Shown in pieces: positions 39,096 through 53,666 of a DNA stretch of 64,000 nt (position 1 is the stretch's first letter; every line of letters starts with the position of its first letter). The DNA comes from the human T2T-CHM13v2.0 reference genome, Homo sapiens. The stretch is from the NCBI RefSeq assembly GCF_009914755.1, contig NC_060931.1, one strand, 5' to 3'. Below the pieces are notes generated by a model. That model ran no database searches, had not been told where the DNA came from, and worked only from the letters and a program-made list of their open reading frames with translations. A program made the position numbers and the translations under genes.

Positions 39096-40629
39096 AGGAG
39101 CAGTCATCCCTTGTTCTTCTATACCTAAGAGCCCAGAATCTGCTGCAAGTGAAGCTTCTCAACAATCAGCATCTTCTACAGTGGAAGGCGGAGGAGAAGC
39201 CCTTTCTGGAAGGAAATTCATCTCCTACTTAGACAGTAAACTTAAAATAGGCTCTTCCTGTGCACACCCCACAGATGCTCCTTATAATTCCTCAACTTTC
39301 CCCACCAAGCAGTACCTCAGGAGCCTTACTGGCCAAGTGATTTTTGCCAGTATCTTCCATATATCAACCTAAAAAGACGTTTTTCTTGAAGAGAGGAAAA
39401 AATTGATATATAGCTTAGCAAGAAGTGGAAATTTTTACTATAGTTGGGTTAAAAGCAAAAAAAAAAAAAAAAAAAGGAAGCATACCAGCTAACCTCTGTC
39501 TATTATACTATGATTTTTCTCAAAGGCAGACACCAAATAGTTCACAAGGGCACCCATAGCGCCAGGCCACTTAGTAGGCTCTAAACATGTCTGTTGAATA
39601 ACAAACACGGCAGTTGAAGGGATATAATTTATACCCATAAAAAATTAATTAGAGAGAAAGCCCAGTGTAATAGAAGTTTAAAGCCAGAGAGTTTCCACTT
39701 TATCAAAGCAAGCCCTTCAAACACAAGTTACACTCAAAGAAATAAGAGTTTGCCAATGCATAAGGCCTGCCTCCTCCAGGAAGCCTTTCCTAACTGCTTC
39801 AGTCTAAACTAGATTTCTACTGCTTTCAGAATTGCTGCCACACCTTATATTAGCACTTTTCCAATGCTTTAAAACAAGGACGGCTTCTCTCCAAAACTGT
39901 ATCACATTTGAGAGTTAGGGCTGTATCAAATACTTCTTCTGCCAGCCCAGCTCCTGAAACCATGCTGGGAAGGCAAATGGTAGAGAGAATATTTTCTAGG
40001 CATGCTCTGGTTAATTAACAAACAACCTTTTTCCATTTTCATTTCTCTACTCCATAAGCAACTTAACTATGTTTTTCTATTCTTATTTGCATATTTACTT
40101 ACAATGTCATCATGTTTCACATGTATATGTTCATTTTGCTTACACAAAATGAAGCTATTTTTCTGCAATCACAAGAATACTGTTAACACCCAGAGCCTAG
40201 AATTTCCCATCTGTTAGCAAATCTCACAACAAAGAGCCTTTTTGGAAGCGTAGTTAATCCTTTAAAGAGATGTATTTCACAACTCAACTCTTATCTGATG
40301 TCAACAGAAACATATTTTTGCAAAATGTGGCTCAGATGCAAGCGTGCTAAATTACTAGTTTAAAATACAGAAAGATGGAAAGGGTTGTGGGTAAATTTTA
40401 CAAGGGAGAGTAGTCTAATTATCCAAAGCCTTTGAAACAGCCTTGAACCGCTGACCGTCCCCCATGCCCAGATTTGAAAGAGAAGAGCTTCCAATTAATT
40501 AATGCAGTCAACATTTTTCAAGACCCTTCTCTGGGGAAAAGCCTCTGCTGGAAGTTCAGTGAAGGGAGTTCCAGTGGGAAAGATAGAATTGAAAAGAAAT
40601 AGAAGAATACAAGGAAGATGAATTATCTC

Positions 40630-42040
40630 TCTTCCTAGATCATTATTTCACTCTTTCTGTTCTCTCCCCAAACCTCTAAGCCTTTTCCCTGTCTCTCACT
40701 CTCAGCTGGACTGGCTTTTTACTTCACTCTGGAAAAAAGAAAAAAAAAGCGAGAATTTCCACAACCACTACCACCATTTTTACTACCAAATCTACCAAGA
40801 TATTAGCATGTGGGCCCACCTACTCTGCATTCCCCACAATTAAAATGGATCAGTGGTCAGTGCTCCTAAGGACAACCCTTTTCTTACCTATTGAAGGACA
40901 CTGCTGCTGCAGTTGTCCTTTGTCTCATACATGTCATGACATTTTCCATTTCTACTGGGTCAGTCCATCACCATGCAAATGAATTTGGGATCTCCCATTC
41001 CTCCAGCCACTAACTGCCTGACTTCTCTACCTCCTTGACACTACAACACTAGAAATAATTATCTATACTTGCTGTCTCTGCTTCCTCTCTTTTCTTTCTC
41101 TCCTCTACTCACTCCTGTTGAACTTTTGACCCCACAAATCGACCATTGGTAGAGTCTCCAGTGACCAGCTCATTACCAATCCAAAGATAAATTCTTAGTC
41201 TTCATCTTCTTCAGATCATCAGCAACATTGACACAGTTGGGCACAACCTTCCTTCCTGAAACACCTTCTTCATTTATCACTGTCTTTTGGGTCTCCTCCC
41301 ATCTCACTGATTGCTCTCCTGATCCCCTGTGCTGGCTCTTCTCTGTCTTTCCAGCATTCAAGTGACCCCCTAGTTTAGTCCTCGGATCTCTACTCTTCTC
41401 ATTCTCCCAGGAGATCTCATTCATCTAATGACTTTAAGGAGCCTTCTAGACATATATTTGACAATTCCCAAATACATACCTTTTCCCCTGTATGTTAGAC
41501 TCATTCATTCATCTACCCACATTGTGCCTCTATGTGTATATCCAATAGTGTTTCACAATCAGGTCAAAAACTGCATTCTTTAAAAAAAATTACTTACTTA
41601 AGTGAAAATTATATACATATATTCATTGTGTACAACTGCTTGTTTTGAAATATGTATACATTGTAGAATGGCTCAATCAAACTAATTAATATATGCATTA
41701 CATCATATACATATCATTTTTGTGGTGAATACATTTAAAATCTTCTTTCTTGTCATTTTTTAAAAATACGATACATTAGTAGTAACTGTAGTCACCATAT
41801 TGTACAATAGATCTTTTGAACGTATTCCAAAAACTGAATTCTTGTTTTTACCCCCACCCCTGTTTCCCCTTATGGCCTTTCTCAAGTAAATGGCAAATCT
41901 ATCACTGTAGTTTCTCAGGCCAAAATAAAAGAAGATGAGCTCCTTGTGGACAGGGTCGTTGCCTGTGTCATTCATCCTCCACGTCTATCATAGTGCCTGG
42001 CACATAGCTGATGATGGAAATATGTGCTAGATGAAGGACT
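40630..42040 (+). mobile_element. L2 LINE fragments, interrupted by L1MA
   Basis: cagcaacattgacacagttgg...ccttcctgaaacaccttc; 3' end tagtgcctggcacatagctg. Confidence 0.75.
41581..41827 (-). mobile_element. L1MA 3' end (L1MA6-8-like)
   Basis: gttttgaaatatgtatacattgtagaatggct...tagtcaccatattgtacaatagatc; TSD caaaaactg(c/a)attctt at 41565-41580 and 41828-41843. Confidence 0.85.
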
Positions 42041-42059
42041 GCAGTAAAGTTATCAGTTA

Positions 42060-42650
42060 AAAATACAGAAAAGAGCCACTAATCCTACTTTTAAGGTGAA
42101 TGAGACTAGCAATTGGGAAATACTTCATGAAAAAAAAAAGTTTAAATTTGATCTTGAAGGACTAGCAAGCATTTGACAGGAAAATAAGGGGGAAGACATT
42201 CCTGGCAGAGGAAACAGCTTGGAAAAACATAAAATGATGTGGAAATGCATGCTACATTCAGAGAACCGTGTTACTGAGTCATAGCATAAAAGATGCAGCA
42301 TACTAGGAGATGTTCTAGGAGAGTAGCTTACTGGGTCTATTTGGACTTTATTATATAGGCAAAAGAAAGCTGTAAAGATTTTTAAGCAAGGGAATAACAC
42401 CACATAGCACAGTGTTGAAGACAGAATATATTATTAAATAATGTTCTGTTGGAGGAGAAAAAAATCAAGAGCAGTATAGGTGAAAAACTGGAGATTGGGA
42501 AAGGAGAGTATGGAAGTATGAAATCTCCAACAGTAGTTGTAGCAAGAGATGGAAAAGCCTGCGCTAAATTGGGTTACTAAGAATGACCAGTAGAAGGCAG
42601 CTATAGGAGAGACTGCGGAAACAGAACTGCAGACGGTAAGTTAAGGGTGA
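42060..42650 (-). mobile_element. L2 LINE fragment
   Basis: gatcttgaaggactagc...gaagacattcctggcagaggaaacagc...gatttttaagcaaggga. Confidence 0.65.
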
Positions 42651-42656
42651 AGAAGA

Positions 42657-42975
<319 letters not shown>

Positions 42976-45829
42976 CTAACCTCCAGATTTCTTCCCTGAC
43001 ACCCCAAACTCTTTTACAACAGAAGTGTATCCCAAACTCTTGGCACTCTCAAATGCTGAGAGCCAGGTAAGGAAGAAAACAGCTACAGGCAAGGACAAGC
43101 CCCCGACATGTGGGTGGAAGCCTCTTTCCAAGGTTTGCGTTCATTTCCTCTGCTCAGTGATCCTAAATAAAATAGCCATTTTCCCACCATCCTGGCATAA
43201 CTTAGGTGAGATTCCACTGTAGTGAACTAGAACTGGAGGTGAGAGAAAATTGCACTATTATTAAACTTTGCCTATCATCAGCCTTGCTTCCAAGAAAGAA
43301 AAGAAAATTTCTTTCTCTTTCTCCCTCCTTCTCTGTATGGCTTGATGCTGACCTAGATGCCCAATCCAATTCTTGCTTGTCCTATTAGTTTTATATTAAT
43401 CTGTATTATACTTTAAATAGATTTTGAAGCAGAAGCTTACTTGGAAGACTCAACATTATTCATAAAACTATTAGTATTGAGAAGAATGTGTTGAGTTTCA
43501 AACTCTAAGTTTATCAGTAAATTTTGGTACTTACACCATTAGTACAGGGAACGGGATTTCTTATTCTGTGCTTCGTGATTCATATTTCCACTTCTTTGTC
43601 AATTATTCATTATTATGCAGCTTATAAGAAGGCATGAAGTTAACAATAACGATTATATTAATGATAGAGTGAGTTATTAAAATTTAGTTTAATAGCCACT
43701 ATATTTGTGATGATAATTATAGTTATGACTAACTATGATTATAGCAGCCATTGTAATCATAATAAGCTCAGGATGGTTTAATGCTAATTGCTTCATCATA
43801 AAGAAATTAGAATATAGAACTGTAAGTGGATGTGGTTGTGATTATAAGGCAAAAGAATGTATGCAGATATTAGTTACTAGTTATTAACCTTCTCCATGAA
43901 ACCAGACCAAAGAAAAAATTTTGATAAACCCAGACTTGGTTCAGATCTGCGTCAGGCCCCCTGAGAAAAAATGGGTATCATTCTTAAAACAACATGCCTT
44001 AAATTGAAACCAATTTGAAATTTAGAAAATGTGCTGATATGATACTGGGAACTTCTTTAATACCAAATGAGCTAGAGATAAAAAGTAATAGCATGGACAC
44101 AGTCCTTGAAGCACACTAATGAAAGAAACTGCCAACCCATCAAGTTCATATGAAAATACCTACAAATGGAACTTCCTGGGGACTTTCCTATTGAAAAAGC
44201 CTGTGGAATGTTCTCCTGTCTTCATATTGCTTCATACAGCAGATGGTCACTCTGGGAAATATGTCAGTCATGACAACAACAAACTACGTGTGCCTGACAA
44301 TTACAGAGATGGATGGATGAAATTTTGCAATTCATAAATCTTATAAAAGTCACTGTATTTGCCCAGTGATTATTTGTCCTTAACTCTACCCCACCTTACT
44401 TCTCCTCCAGAGAGATGCCACTTTGCAAGATTTCATGAGTAGCATGGTAAAGCCAATAATTTGGGGTGTTAGCTAACTGACAGAAATCCGAAGTAGGAGA
44501 AGCCAAGCTGAGCCAACGTGGTCTGTATGAGACAGAAGAAAATGTCAACTACCATATTTTTCTAATAAATACAAGATACATTCATTTTCACACATATTTG
44601 CTACAGATGGAAATTTCATTTAATGATGGCTGGTTGAGGACCCCAGCCAAGGGTGTATAAATACCAAGAAGACATCAATTTATGAGATGGGCTCCCTAAT
44701 AAAGCAGCTACATAGAGAACCCAAGAACACCGCCATAGCTGATTTCTAATGAAATATTTAATGATAATGATGACATCAAGTTGCTCTCATTGAACCAACA
44801 TATGTTGTTATGGAACCATAATAAAAATTTTGCATCATGAGAATTTCTGAGGGATTTAAGAATAAGAGCAATTCTTAACTGTTAGGAAAGTCCTGGGGGA
44901 GGAGAAAAAAGAAGGATAGGAAGATTTATTACTGATTTTCAATGTTGTGAAGTTAACTAAGTTTCAGTTATATCATGAGCGATAATCATTAGAAATCTTG
45001 AATTGATTTCCAATCTGTAGTGGATATGCTAGCTAAGAATTTTCCAAAGCTTTGTTGACTCTCAACACTCAGGCTTCTCAAGCCTCAGAGGCCTTCCCAC
45101 CAGCAGAGGATGCTGTTTTTCCATGCATGGCATAACAACCCCCAACCACCTCCAATCCCAGTTCCACCAGGAAACAGTTCACACAGAGAAAAGATTCCTA
45201 TTGGGCCATTTTGCAAGTGTGGTTTTGCACTTGAAACAAAGAGAAGAGACTCTTTCATTCAGCTCAAGTTAATTTAAATATTTTAGTGGTGATTTCTAAA
45301 TCTATCATTTTTAAGGAAGTAAAAATATTGGAGTGGAGTGGGAATGAGCAAAACGCTGCTGTTTAAAATATAAGTATCAGTCACTGTTTTCTGTGATTTT
45401 CTAGCTCCCCTTTAGTGCATCTGAAAACAATGCTTTTCAATTAGGAGAAAGTGCTTATCTAAATGATCAGATTTTTCCCGCCTGTGAATAATGAAGCCAA
45501 AGTAAAGGCTGTGGTTTTTAGGACAAATGAAAACAAGAAAGTCATTCAAATTAATAATAATTTTAGAAAACTAAAGGGGGAAATTTTTATCACGATGGGA
45601 AAATGAAAAATAAAAAGGAGAAGAAGATAGGATTTGCCGGGAAATAAGCAGAGATAAAACAAAGCCCAAGAAAATGAGTATAATAAAAAGAAAAATAAGG
45701 AAAAAATAACTCATTCCTCTGAAAAGAAGAGCTTGTAAAAATACAAGCAGGATAAAATTAGACAGGGGCCCTTTCTTCCCCAGTAAGTAGCCTTTCACTC
45801 ATTTTTCAAGCTTGTCTTGAGAGCCCCAC

Positions 45830-46300
45830 GCACGCAGAGAACACTAGAGGTGCAAGGCATAAAGCTGAATGACACCCAGTTTCTGTTTATGATCATCTTG
45901 GGATCTAAAAGCAAAGATAAGCTATATAGAAACTATAATGGAAAGAAGAAAGTAATAAATGTCATGAGAAAAATAGGTATAAAGTATTATGACTGATAAG
46001 AAGAGAGAGGGCGTCACCCCTGTGTTGATGGATGAGTCAAGGAAGACTTCATAAAAGAAACAGGTTTTCAGTTCGACCATTAAAGGATGAGTAGGATTTT
46101 TCAATAAGAGGATTTGGACATTCCTTATAAAGAAAAGAGATGACATGATTAAAGCTTCAGAGTTTGGAAAGTAATTTTTTCTTTAACTGCGAGTGTTTGA
46201 AGAAAGAAGAATGAGATACAAGACCAGTGAGAGGCTCTTAGAAATCCAATCACAAAGGTCCTTGCAAGTCAGGCTAAGAAGTGTGAACTTTATTTCTTAA
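45830..46300 (-). mobile_element. L2 LINE fragment
   Basis: gagtcaaggaagacttcataaaaga...taaaggatgagtaggattt...aggctaagaagtgtgaactttat. Confidence 0.65.
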
Positions 46301-46419
46301 GAAAAGGGGTTCTTAATATGGATTTGTGCATAATTTTCAAAGGATTCATGAAACTCCTTATGTATTTTTTGTAATTGAGTATTTTTTCTGGGAAAGATCC
46401 ATGACACAAAACAATTCAG

Positions 46420-46877
46420 GGCATATAGAACACCCTTCCCATGGGGTATCTGTCCAACTCCCAAAGACCCCTCTTTATTTAGAGGCTGACCTTGAACACA
46501 AGGATATGGCCTCTAGTGGCCAGAGTTGTACAGTCTGACCTTGCTCCTATAGTCTCAGCTGAATGAAGCTGAGCAAACAACTGGCTCACTTAGGCCCAAT
46601 CAGACCCCAAATGTGTACAGATTTGAACTGAGAGCCTAGGGTTGTGGGAATTCATTTACTTCAATAATAGAATTCTAGAGAAAATATTCATGAATTCCTT
46701 ATTCTGAGATACCTGTCACTAGTTTGATTTCTGCCCTTCATGATGCTGGATTGTTCAAGCCTTTCTTGACCTTTGTGAGAAACCACAGTATCCATCTAAA
46801 TATTCTTTTTTTTTCTCAGAGTGATTAGGCAGAGTCAATTTCTTTTGCTTATAACCAAAAGAATGATGACTGATACA
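46420..46877 (+). mobile_element. Old ERVL-type LTR (LTR16/LTR33-like)
   Basis: ggcccaatcagac; terminus gcttataaccaaaagaatgatgactgataca; start approximate. Confidence 0.55.
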
Positions 46878-46949
46878 GAAACTCTATTTCAAACACTGCA
46901 AAGAGACAGTGAGAAAGTATTAGAACATTTGCACAGGGGCATGACAGCT

Positions 46950-47705
46950 CCTAAAAATTATTTCAGAAATGTGGGAGTTATATTTACATTGTTTTTCTCT
47001 ATCCCCAATTCTCAACATCAAATCAACACTATCTTTTACCCATTTTTCCTGCAGAAGCTGTCTAGTACTCTTTCCCACCACAGCTATCCTGGTTCAGGTC
47101 CTAATCATTTCTCTCTTAGACCATTGAAATGAGCTTCTAAATGGTCCCCCAACTCCAATCCATTCCCCACACTGCTGACAAGTGTCTTTTGCAACTCATG
47201 TAAGATTATGTGAATCTTCTCAAAAATCTTAACCCACACATTTCTAGTGAAAAAGTCTAAACTCTAGTCCAGCATTCAAAGCTCTTCAGAGTCTGGCCAC
47301 AGTCTACATTTTCAACATTGTCTTGCACAGACAATACTCTCAAAGTCACCAAACTCCATATCGGATTTTATGACTCCAGGTCTCTATACATCCCACTCTC
47401 CATGTTTGAAATAACTTATTTCTTCTTATCCTGGTCACTCAACATAGATATCACTACCTTGTCCTTTTCTGTTACAACCCAGCAAAATTATCCCTTCTTC
47501 CTGTATATCCTTGTAGCAGATTTTATTACAATTCGGCCACATTATAGCACTCTGGGCACCTCTGCCTCCTCTACTATCCTATGAGCTGCTCAAGGGCATG
47601 TCTTATTTATCTTTATATTTGGGACCTAAAGCAATGCCTTCCAAGTGGGTACTTGATATATATTTAATGGACATGAGAGGGAATTGATGGATGTAAGAAT
47701 TAATG
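46950..47705 (+). mobile_element. L2 3' region
   Basis: gcttctaaatggtcccc...tccattccccacactgctg...tgagctgctcaagggcatgtcttatttatcttt. Confidence 0.7.
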
Positions 47706-50700
47706 AAGGTGATAAAGAATACATATTCAAAGAGGTAAAGAGAGGATGTGATTATGTATTATGGCTAATCTCACAGCAGTTTGGGAAGGAAGGATTGGTC
47801 AAGAGTGTCCAAGTCTAGAGAGAAGTCAAGGGGAGGATCTTGGGTGGGGACAGGCTAACTCTGTCATGATCAGTAGAGAACAATTGCCTACCTGTCAGGT
47901 AGGCAATTGATAATGTAGAGAAGATATATTGATAACACAGAGAAGAGTGGCTGGAGATGTGAGAATGCTGATGTGTGGAGGAGATGGGGAAGAAGCAGAA
48001 TCAGGGAAACAGTTTACTTCTTTGGGAAGTAGGGAAATAAAATGAAGCTAACCAGAGGAACAGCATAATCCAGTGAGGGAAGGAGAGCAATCAGAAAGGT
48101 CTTAGAGAAAAAGGCAGAAGTTGGAGGAGTCAGCATTGTCAAGGAAGAAAAGACCTCCTCCTTGAAACTGAAAACAGATATTGATACAGTGATTATTTTG
48201 GAAGAAAAATGAGATATATTAACTCCAAGAAAAAAACAAATAGAACAAACTGGTCCCTGGTGTTGTTGCTTATCACTCAGTGGTACAAACAAAGAGTATT
48301 TCTGCTGCCTCCATCAAGAACTCTCCCCCAAGCAAAGTTCTTCCAATATAGAGCCAAGATAAAAGTAGAATAACTATAATTCTATAAAATGGGGGTACAG
48401 TTAGGACATAAAGACAGCAAAGATCACTTGAATTGTATCCGTTTCACATCAAGGGCACTCTTATAATCACATTTAGTTACACATGGGTAGGCTGTGGAAA
48501 CAGCTGGGTAGACCTTAATTTAATTTAACTAATTGATTTATTGGTTTCATTAATTGCTGTCAAAGGATACAAATACTGTCCCCAAGGGCCACAGTTTAGT
48601 TGGTCATCACTACAGCTTCTAGAAAAGTAATTGGATTTTTTAGTTTAGCCCTCCAGGTCAGCTATCAAAGAGCTAGCAGGATTTCACAATATAGCGCCAT
48701 AGAAAATAAAGACAGAGAACTACCTATTGATGTAAGCAGTGCCTCCTTCTTTCTCATTTTCCTCAGTGACAAGGTCTTTTTCCATTAGTCTTTTTAGATT
48801 CTTTTTTATCAGAGTAAATTACTTTTATTTCTTCCTTGAGCACTCTTTATACTCTCCTTTTCTTTGGGCTTTATCTTTCATTTCTAACCTTGGCTTTTCT
48901 CTAATTATCATAGATGCCATCAAACTCTTTTATGTATAAATGGGGTACAAATCAATAATTGATAAAATTGTTAACTCAGAATGGTAAACTGATTTTGGTT
49001 TTCCCTGTTAAATTTTAGTTTGGGGACCTCTTACTCAAGCTCAGAACCCTAAGTTGTAGATGTTTTCCTTTCTTTTTTAAGTAAAATTTAATACCTACTC
49101 AAAATTTTTAATGAAAATTTTAAGTATTGAGAAGAAAATAAAAATAACTTTGAATCCCAAATTTACCTTTTGATATTTTTTCTATGCATATAGACAATGT
49201 TGAGTCTCAGTGAGAAAGAGCTGTATGTAAAACCTTCAAAGAATGTTTTACTACGTAACACGCCAAGACATAAACAGCACTGTCAATCATGAAACAAAAT
49301 CAGGGAGAAAAATCTTTCCTTCTCTCCTCCCTGTCTCCCTCCCTTCCTTCTTTCTCTTCCCAGATTTGGCATCTCAAGGATTCTAAAGAACCTGGGTCAA
49401 TATCCAGTAAAAATCAGCAGTGTCAGGCACAGTAGCTAATATACCTGGGAAAGCATTAGCATCACTGGATGGGGAGCTAAAATGCAGGGAAAAGCAGAGA
49501 GAAAGAGACCCTGCAGTGTGCAGGAATACAGCTGCAGGTCAAGAGAAGTTGCTTATTCCTTCACACATGGGAGACATCCCCTGGAGACAGTTTTTAAAAT
49601 GTCTGGTAGAAGATGGGCATTTTGGAAGTTCTCAAGTCCAACATCATTCATGAAAATAAAATCAGCCAATAAAATTTGGGCCATGAACTCATTTACCTGC
49701 AAAGGATGTAGATCCCTGGGAAATTCAAGTGTAAGCCATCCTTAGATTTCAAGAGCATAATGAACTTGTGCCCTGTCTCACGATGTATATTCTCTCATTC
49801 TCCATACCCCTTCTATAATTAGTATATATCCCCACTACAAAATGCAGATCTCCTTTTAAATATGTAAATTTTGATTCCCAGATTCATTTAGGATCCATTT
49901 GTTCTGAGAGCATGTATAAAAATTATCTTACACTGGAAGGATGGATGCAACAATCTTCACTGTGATGAATGCAGGAGTGAAGAGGCTAAAGACAGAAGGG
50001 CGATCTCAAGATACCGATGGGAACTCACAGCCTAGAAGAAAGGTTTTACAAGAAAAACTCTGATGTCCAAAGAACTGTGAGAACCAGCAATGAGCATGAT
50101 CAATTTAAATCTGCAGTTCTCAATTCTCCTATTTAATATGTGTTTCAGCATGCCTCTTATGGCATTTTACACTTGAGTAATTTCATTAGATGGATACTCT
50201 GGTGCCTTTGCCATTAAAATATGTTTTGTTGTAAGATTAGGGAGCTATTGAAATACTAAAGTTAAGTCTCAATAAAACAATAATAATAATACTTTAACTG
50301 CCTATAAGATCTTTTTTTTACTATATTGACATTCATGCTCAATTACAACACAATTTTTGCCTTCTACATTTTAAAGACCTTTAACATGCTTTTAACTTTT
50401 ATGACTATGAATTGGTTTTGATGGTACATGTAAACTGTAAATATAGTAACTGCAGATGGCATTAATCTTACTTATGAACCAAATGATCTGAATGTGTAAA
50501 AATATAGCCCAAGAGAGTCAGAGTTAAAAGCCTTTGAAAACTGCCTCAATGTCTTCCAGCTAGTGAACTTTCATATCAGTGTCACTGTTCATATTATCTT
50601 GTCAGTTGGGGGTCTTTTTTTATACAAGACTTGTTAGGCAACGCCTGGTGGAAATATCAGTGTGGTAGGATCTCAAGCGGCTGTGTGGTTACCTAGACTC

Positions 50701-51139
50701 TGGGGCAATCAATCCTTTGAATAATAATTCTGAAAATTGACTCATGGACTCTTAGAACTGGAAGCGCTCTTAGAAATCATCAAACAGAGCCTGACTCCCT
50801 CAATCAGGACCTGCTTTTAGCTGCACAGCGAATTTGGTTCTACTATCACTATTTCCCTTAGTTTTGCTTTCTCAGTTCCTCTTTCTGCTCCAAATTATAG
50901 CAGCAGTCCAAATATCGATCCCTATGATGCTTCCACATTTTATGTTCATTAAACTGCACAGTGACATTTCTATGGTGTAGCTCTTTTTACTTAATGTGAA
51001 CGGTAGAAGCTACTAGAAGAGACACTGGACTAATTCTGAGGTGGTTTGCAGGAGGAGCTAAGGCTGCACAGCTGCCCACTGTGCCACAGCTCTCTCTAAA
51101 AACTGGACCCAATCAAGCTGTTAGTTAGAGATGCCAAAT

Positions 51140-51400
51140 CATCAATCGTCTCCAACCTGAGAATTCTAACTCTCAGTCATTCCTCAAAACCCAGTTTAAA
51201 TATCTCATCCCCCTTACTAAATAATATCAATAATTAATATCATTTCCCTGTCCCAAGCTCTTTGCATACATCTCTATTGTAGTTAGAAGTTATCTCCCAG
51301 TGAGATTATGTAGTTTATTGAGAGAAGTGAGTCTCTCTTATCATTTTTGTATCTTCAGTGCCTGGAATAGAATAGCTGTTTAATAAATGTCTGAACGTAG
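51140..51400 (+). mobile_element. L2 3' end
   Basis: cattttgtatcttcagtgcctggaatagaatagctgtttaataaatgtctgaa-like terminus. Confidence 0.6.
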
Positions 51401-53541
51401 AAGAAAATGTCAAAGAAAAACATAAAGAACATAGCATACTGTTTTTATTGAATATCAGGGAACATCAGAAATGGAATGTAGAAATATGTAAAATCTCTTC
51501 TTCTCTGTTTATGACCAGAAAAAGCCTATGAATATAGTCAGACAATCCTACCCAGTGGAGTAAATTCATTTCTGAAAACGAGGCAAGTTTACATTGCCTC
51601 TGTACCTCTGATAACTCTGGCCAATGTTATTTAAATTGTTTATTATCTGTTCAGATAATTCTCAATGCCACACATTCTCCCATAAAGGTAGCCAATTGCA
51701 TGCCTGCAATACATATATGAATTGTTTCAAAGTGCCAACATTTTCTTTTGTCACTACTCTATGCAGCACACAAAACTGTCATTGCAAATCATTTTATTAA
51801 TGTCATTTAAAAAACAAATTAACTTTTGGAGCTGTTGTTTGTGGCATTGTGCTGCTGTTTCCCTCCCTTCAACATTCTGTACTGTAGTCTTCACAAAAGA
51901 ACACTAGAGGGATCAGCTTCATATTTTTCAGAGGCCTTTGTGTCAACCAAGCCAAGTACAATTATGGCTCTTCCCAGAAGAAGGAAAGAATAATGTTGGC
52001 AATCGGGCGTTACCACCCAGAACCACAGAAAAAGCTGCAAATGTAACCAAAATGGCTTTCTCGGCCTTTATAAATCCAGAAACCTACGTGGCATTTTCTA
52101 TGGCTAGAGGCAGCACTTTGGGAAATTACCTTTAGAAAACTGGTTAGAGGTCTACCAGAGCTTTGAAAAGAGCCTGCAACCTGGGGAGGGATTGAAGAAA
52201 GAAATAAGCAGACTTGTTGTTTAATAAAGCTGCCATTTTTTTTTTTTTTTTTTTTTTACTTCCAAGGGACAAAATCAAGTAAATGTCAAATTTTTTCCCA
52301 GCTGGTAAGCACATTCAGATTTCAGACTAAAATGTCCCAAAAAGACTAGGGCTGACGATGAGAAAGAAACACATGAATTCCTTCTTTTCAAAATAAGATA
52401 GAGAAAGAATTCAGTCACCTTTAGTCTAGACATTTTTCTCTTCACTTTGCCTAAACCATAGCCATATATAAAGGCATACATTGATAAAATGGTATAATTT
52501 TGGTGTTTTGGTGTTTCTGGACAAATAAGAGGGAACTAATCAAGCTAGCAATCCAAGTCTGTCAGAACTAACAAGGTAACTGAATCAGATAAAATTAATA
52601 ATAATAACAGTAAAAACCTCTTGTTATAATGTCAGACAACACTGTAGCTTTAATTTGTCGATTTCAGAAAGACCTCTTTGGCTCCTGAACTTATTTGGTT
52701 AGTGAATTACCTCACAAGCTGATCCTCTCATCTCTCTCATCCCTGTGGTCTTTCCTAATTAAAATGAAAACCACATTGCTCTAATTATTTGATCATACCA
52801 TTTCTCTTCTCAAAACCTTGCAGTAGCTTTTAATTGCAGCAAAACCTGGAATTCAATGTAAAATCAATACTGGGGCTGTAAGTCCATGCCTCCAATGTTC
52901 TCCTGCCTCTGACCCAATCGCTGGCCTTTACTCTGCATGGCCAGGGCTTTCACTTCAGGCAGTCAATCTGCTTGACTCCAATAACATCCTGACATGATTC
53001 CCCCTTTTCTTGATTGTACCTTTCTCTTCTCCAATAAATAAACACTCAGCCAGAGCACAGCTGCAATGGTCTATTTTTGTTGGCCATGCTGGATTGTCGT
53101 TTATAGGATTTGATGTGCAATATGTCTTGTCCTGTTTCTTCTGAAATCATAAACTTCATGCTTGTTGATGCCTTGATTAGACCATAGCTCTAGTATAGCA
53201 CTGGGGGCTCCATAAAAGTGGTCAACACTGGAGGAGATCGGCAAGGAAGCTCAAATCTTCGTCTTTATAAGCTAAGAGTGATCATATACATGCAAAAACT
53301 TCAGGAAAAGAGGTGCGGTTCCCTTCAGCCATCCCCTTTCATCTCTCACCCCTGACTTGTTCCCTCCCTGTTCTGTAAAAAATAGAAAAAGAACCCTGGC
53401 TTTCCTCTATGGTGGAAATTTCCAGCAATGGCCTTCCATAAAAGGGATAGGTCTTGTTTCAGCACCAAGGAATCTGCCTCTAACCGTTTGGGCTGGGTGG
53501 TGGAGACTTTTTTTTTTTTTTTTTTTTTTTTTTGCTTTTAG

Positions 53542-53666
53542 ACAACGTGGAAGTGTCTGGAATGGTGTCTCCAGTCCCAGCCATCATAGGAATTACTCAG
53601 TGTTTCAGGGCCCTGAGCCAGTAACCACCTCCCAGCCAGCTCTGCCACGTTAGCTTCGAAAGGGAG
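53542..53666 (+). other. Candidate 125-nt non-coding exon
   Basis: Long T tract then gcttttag|AC acceptor; GAG|gtgagt donor; stop codons in all three frames. Confidence 0.45.
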
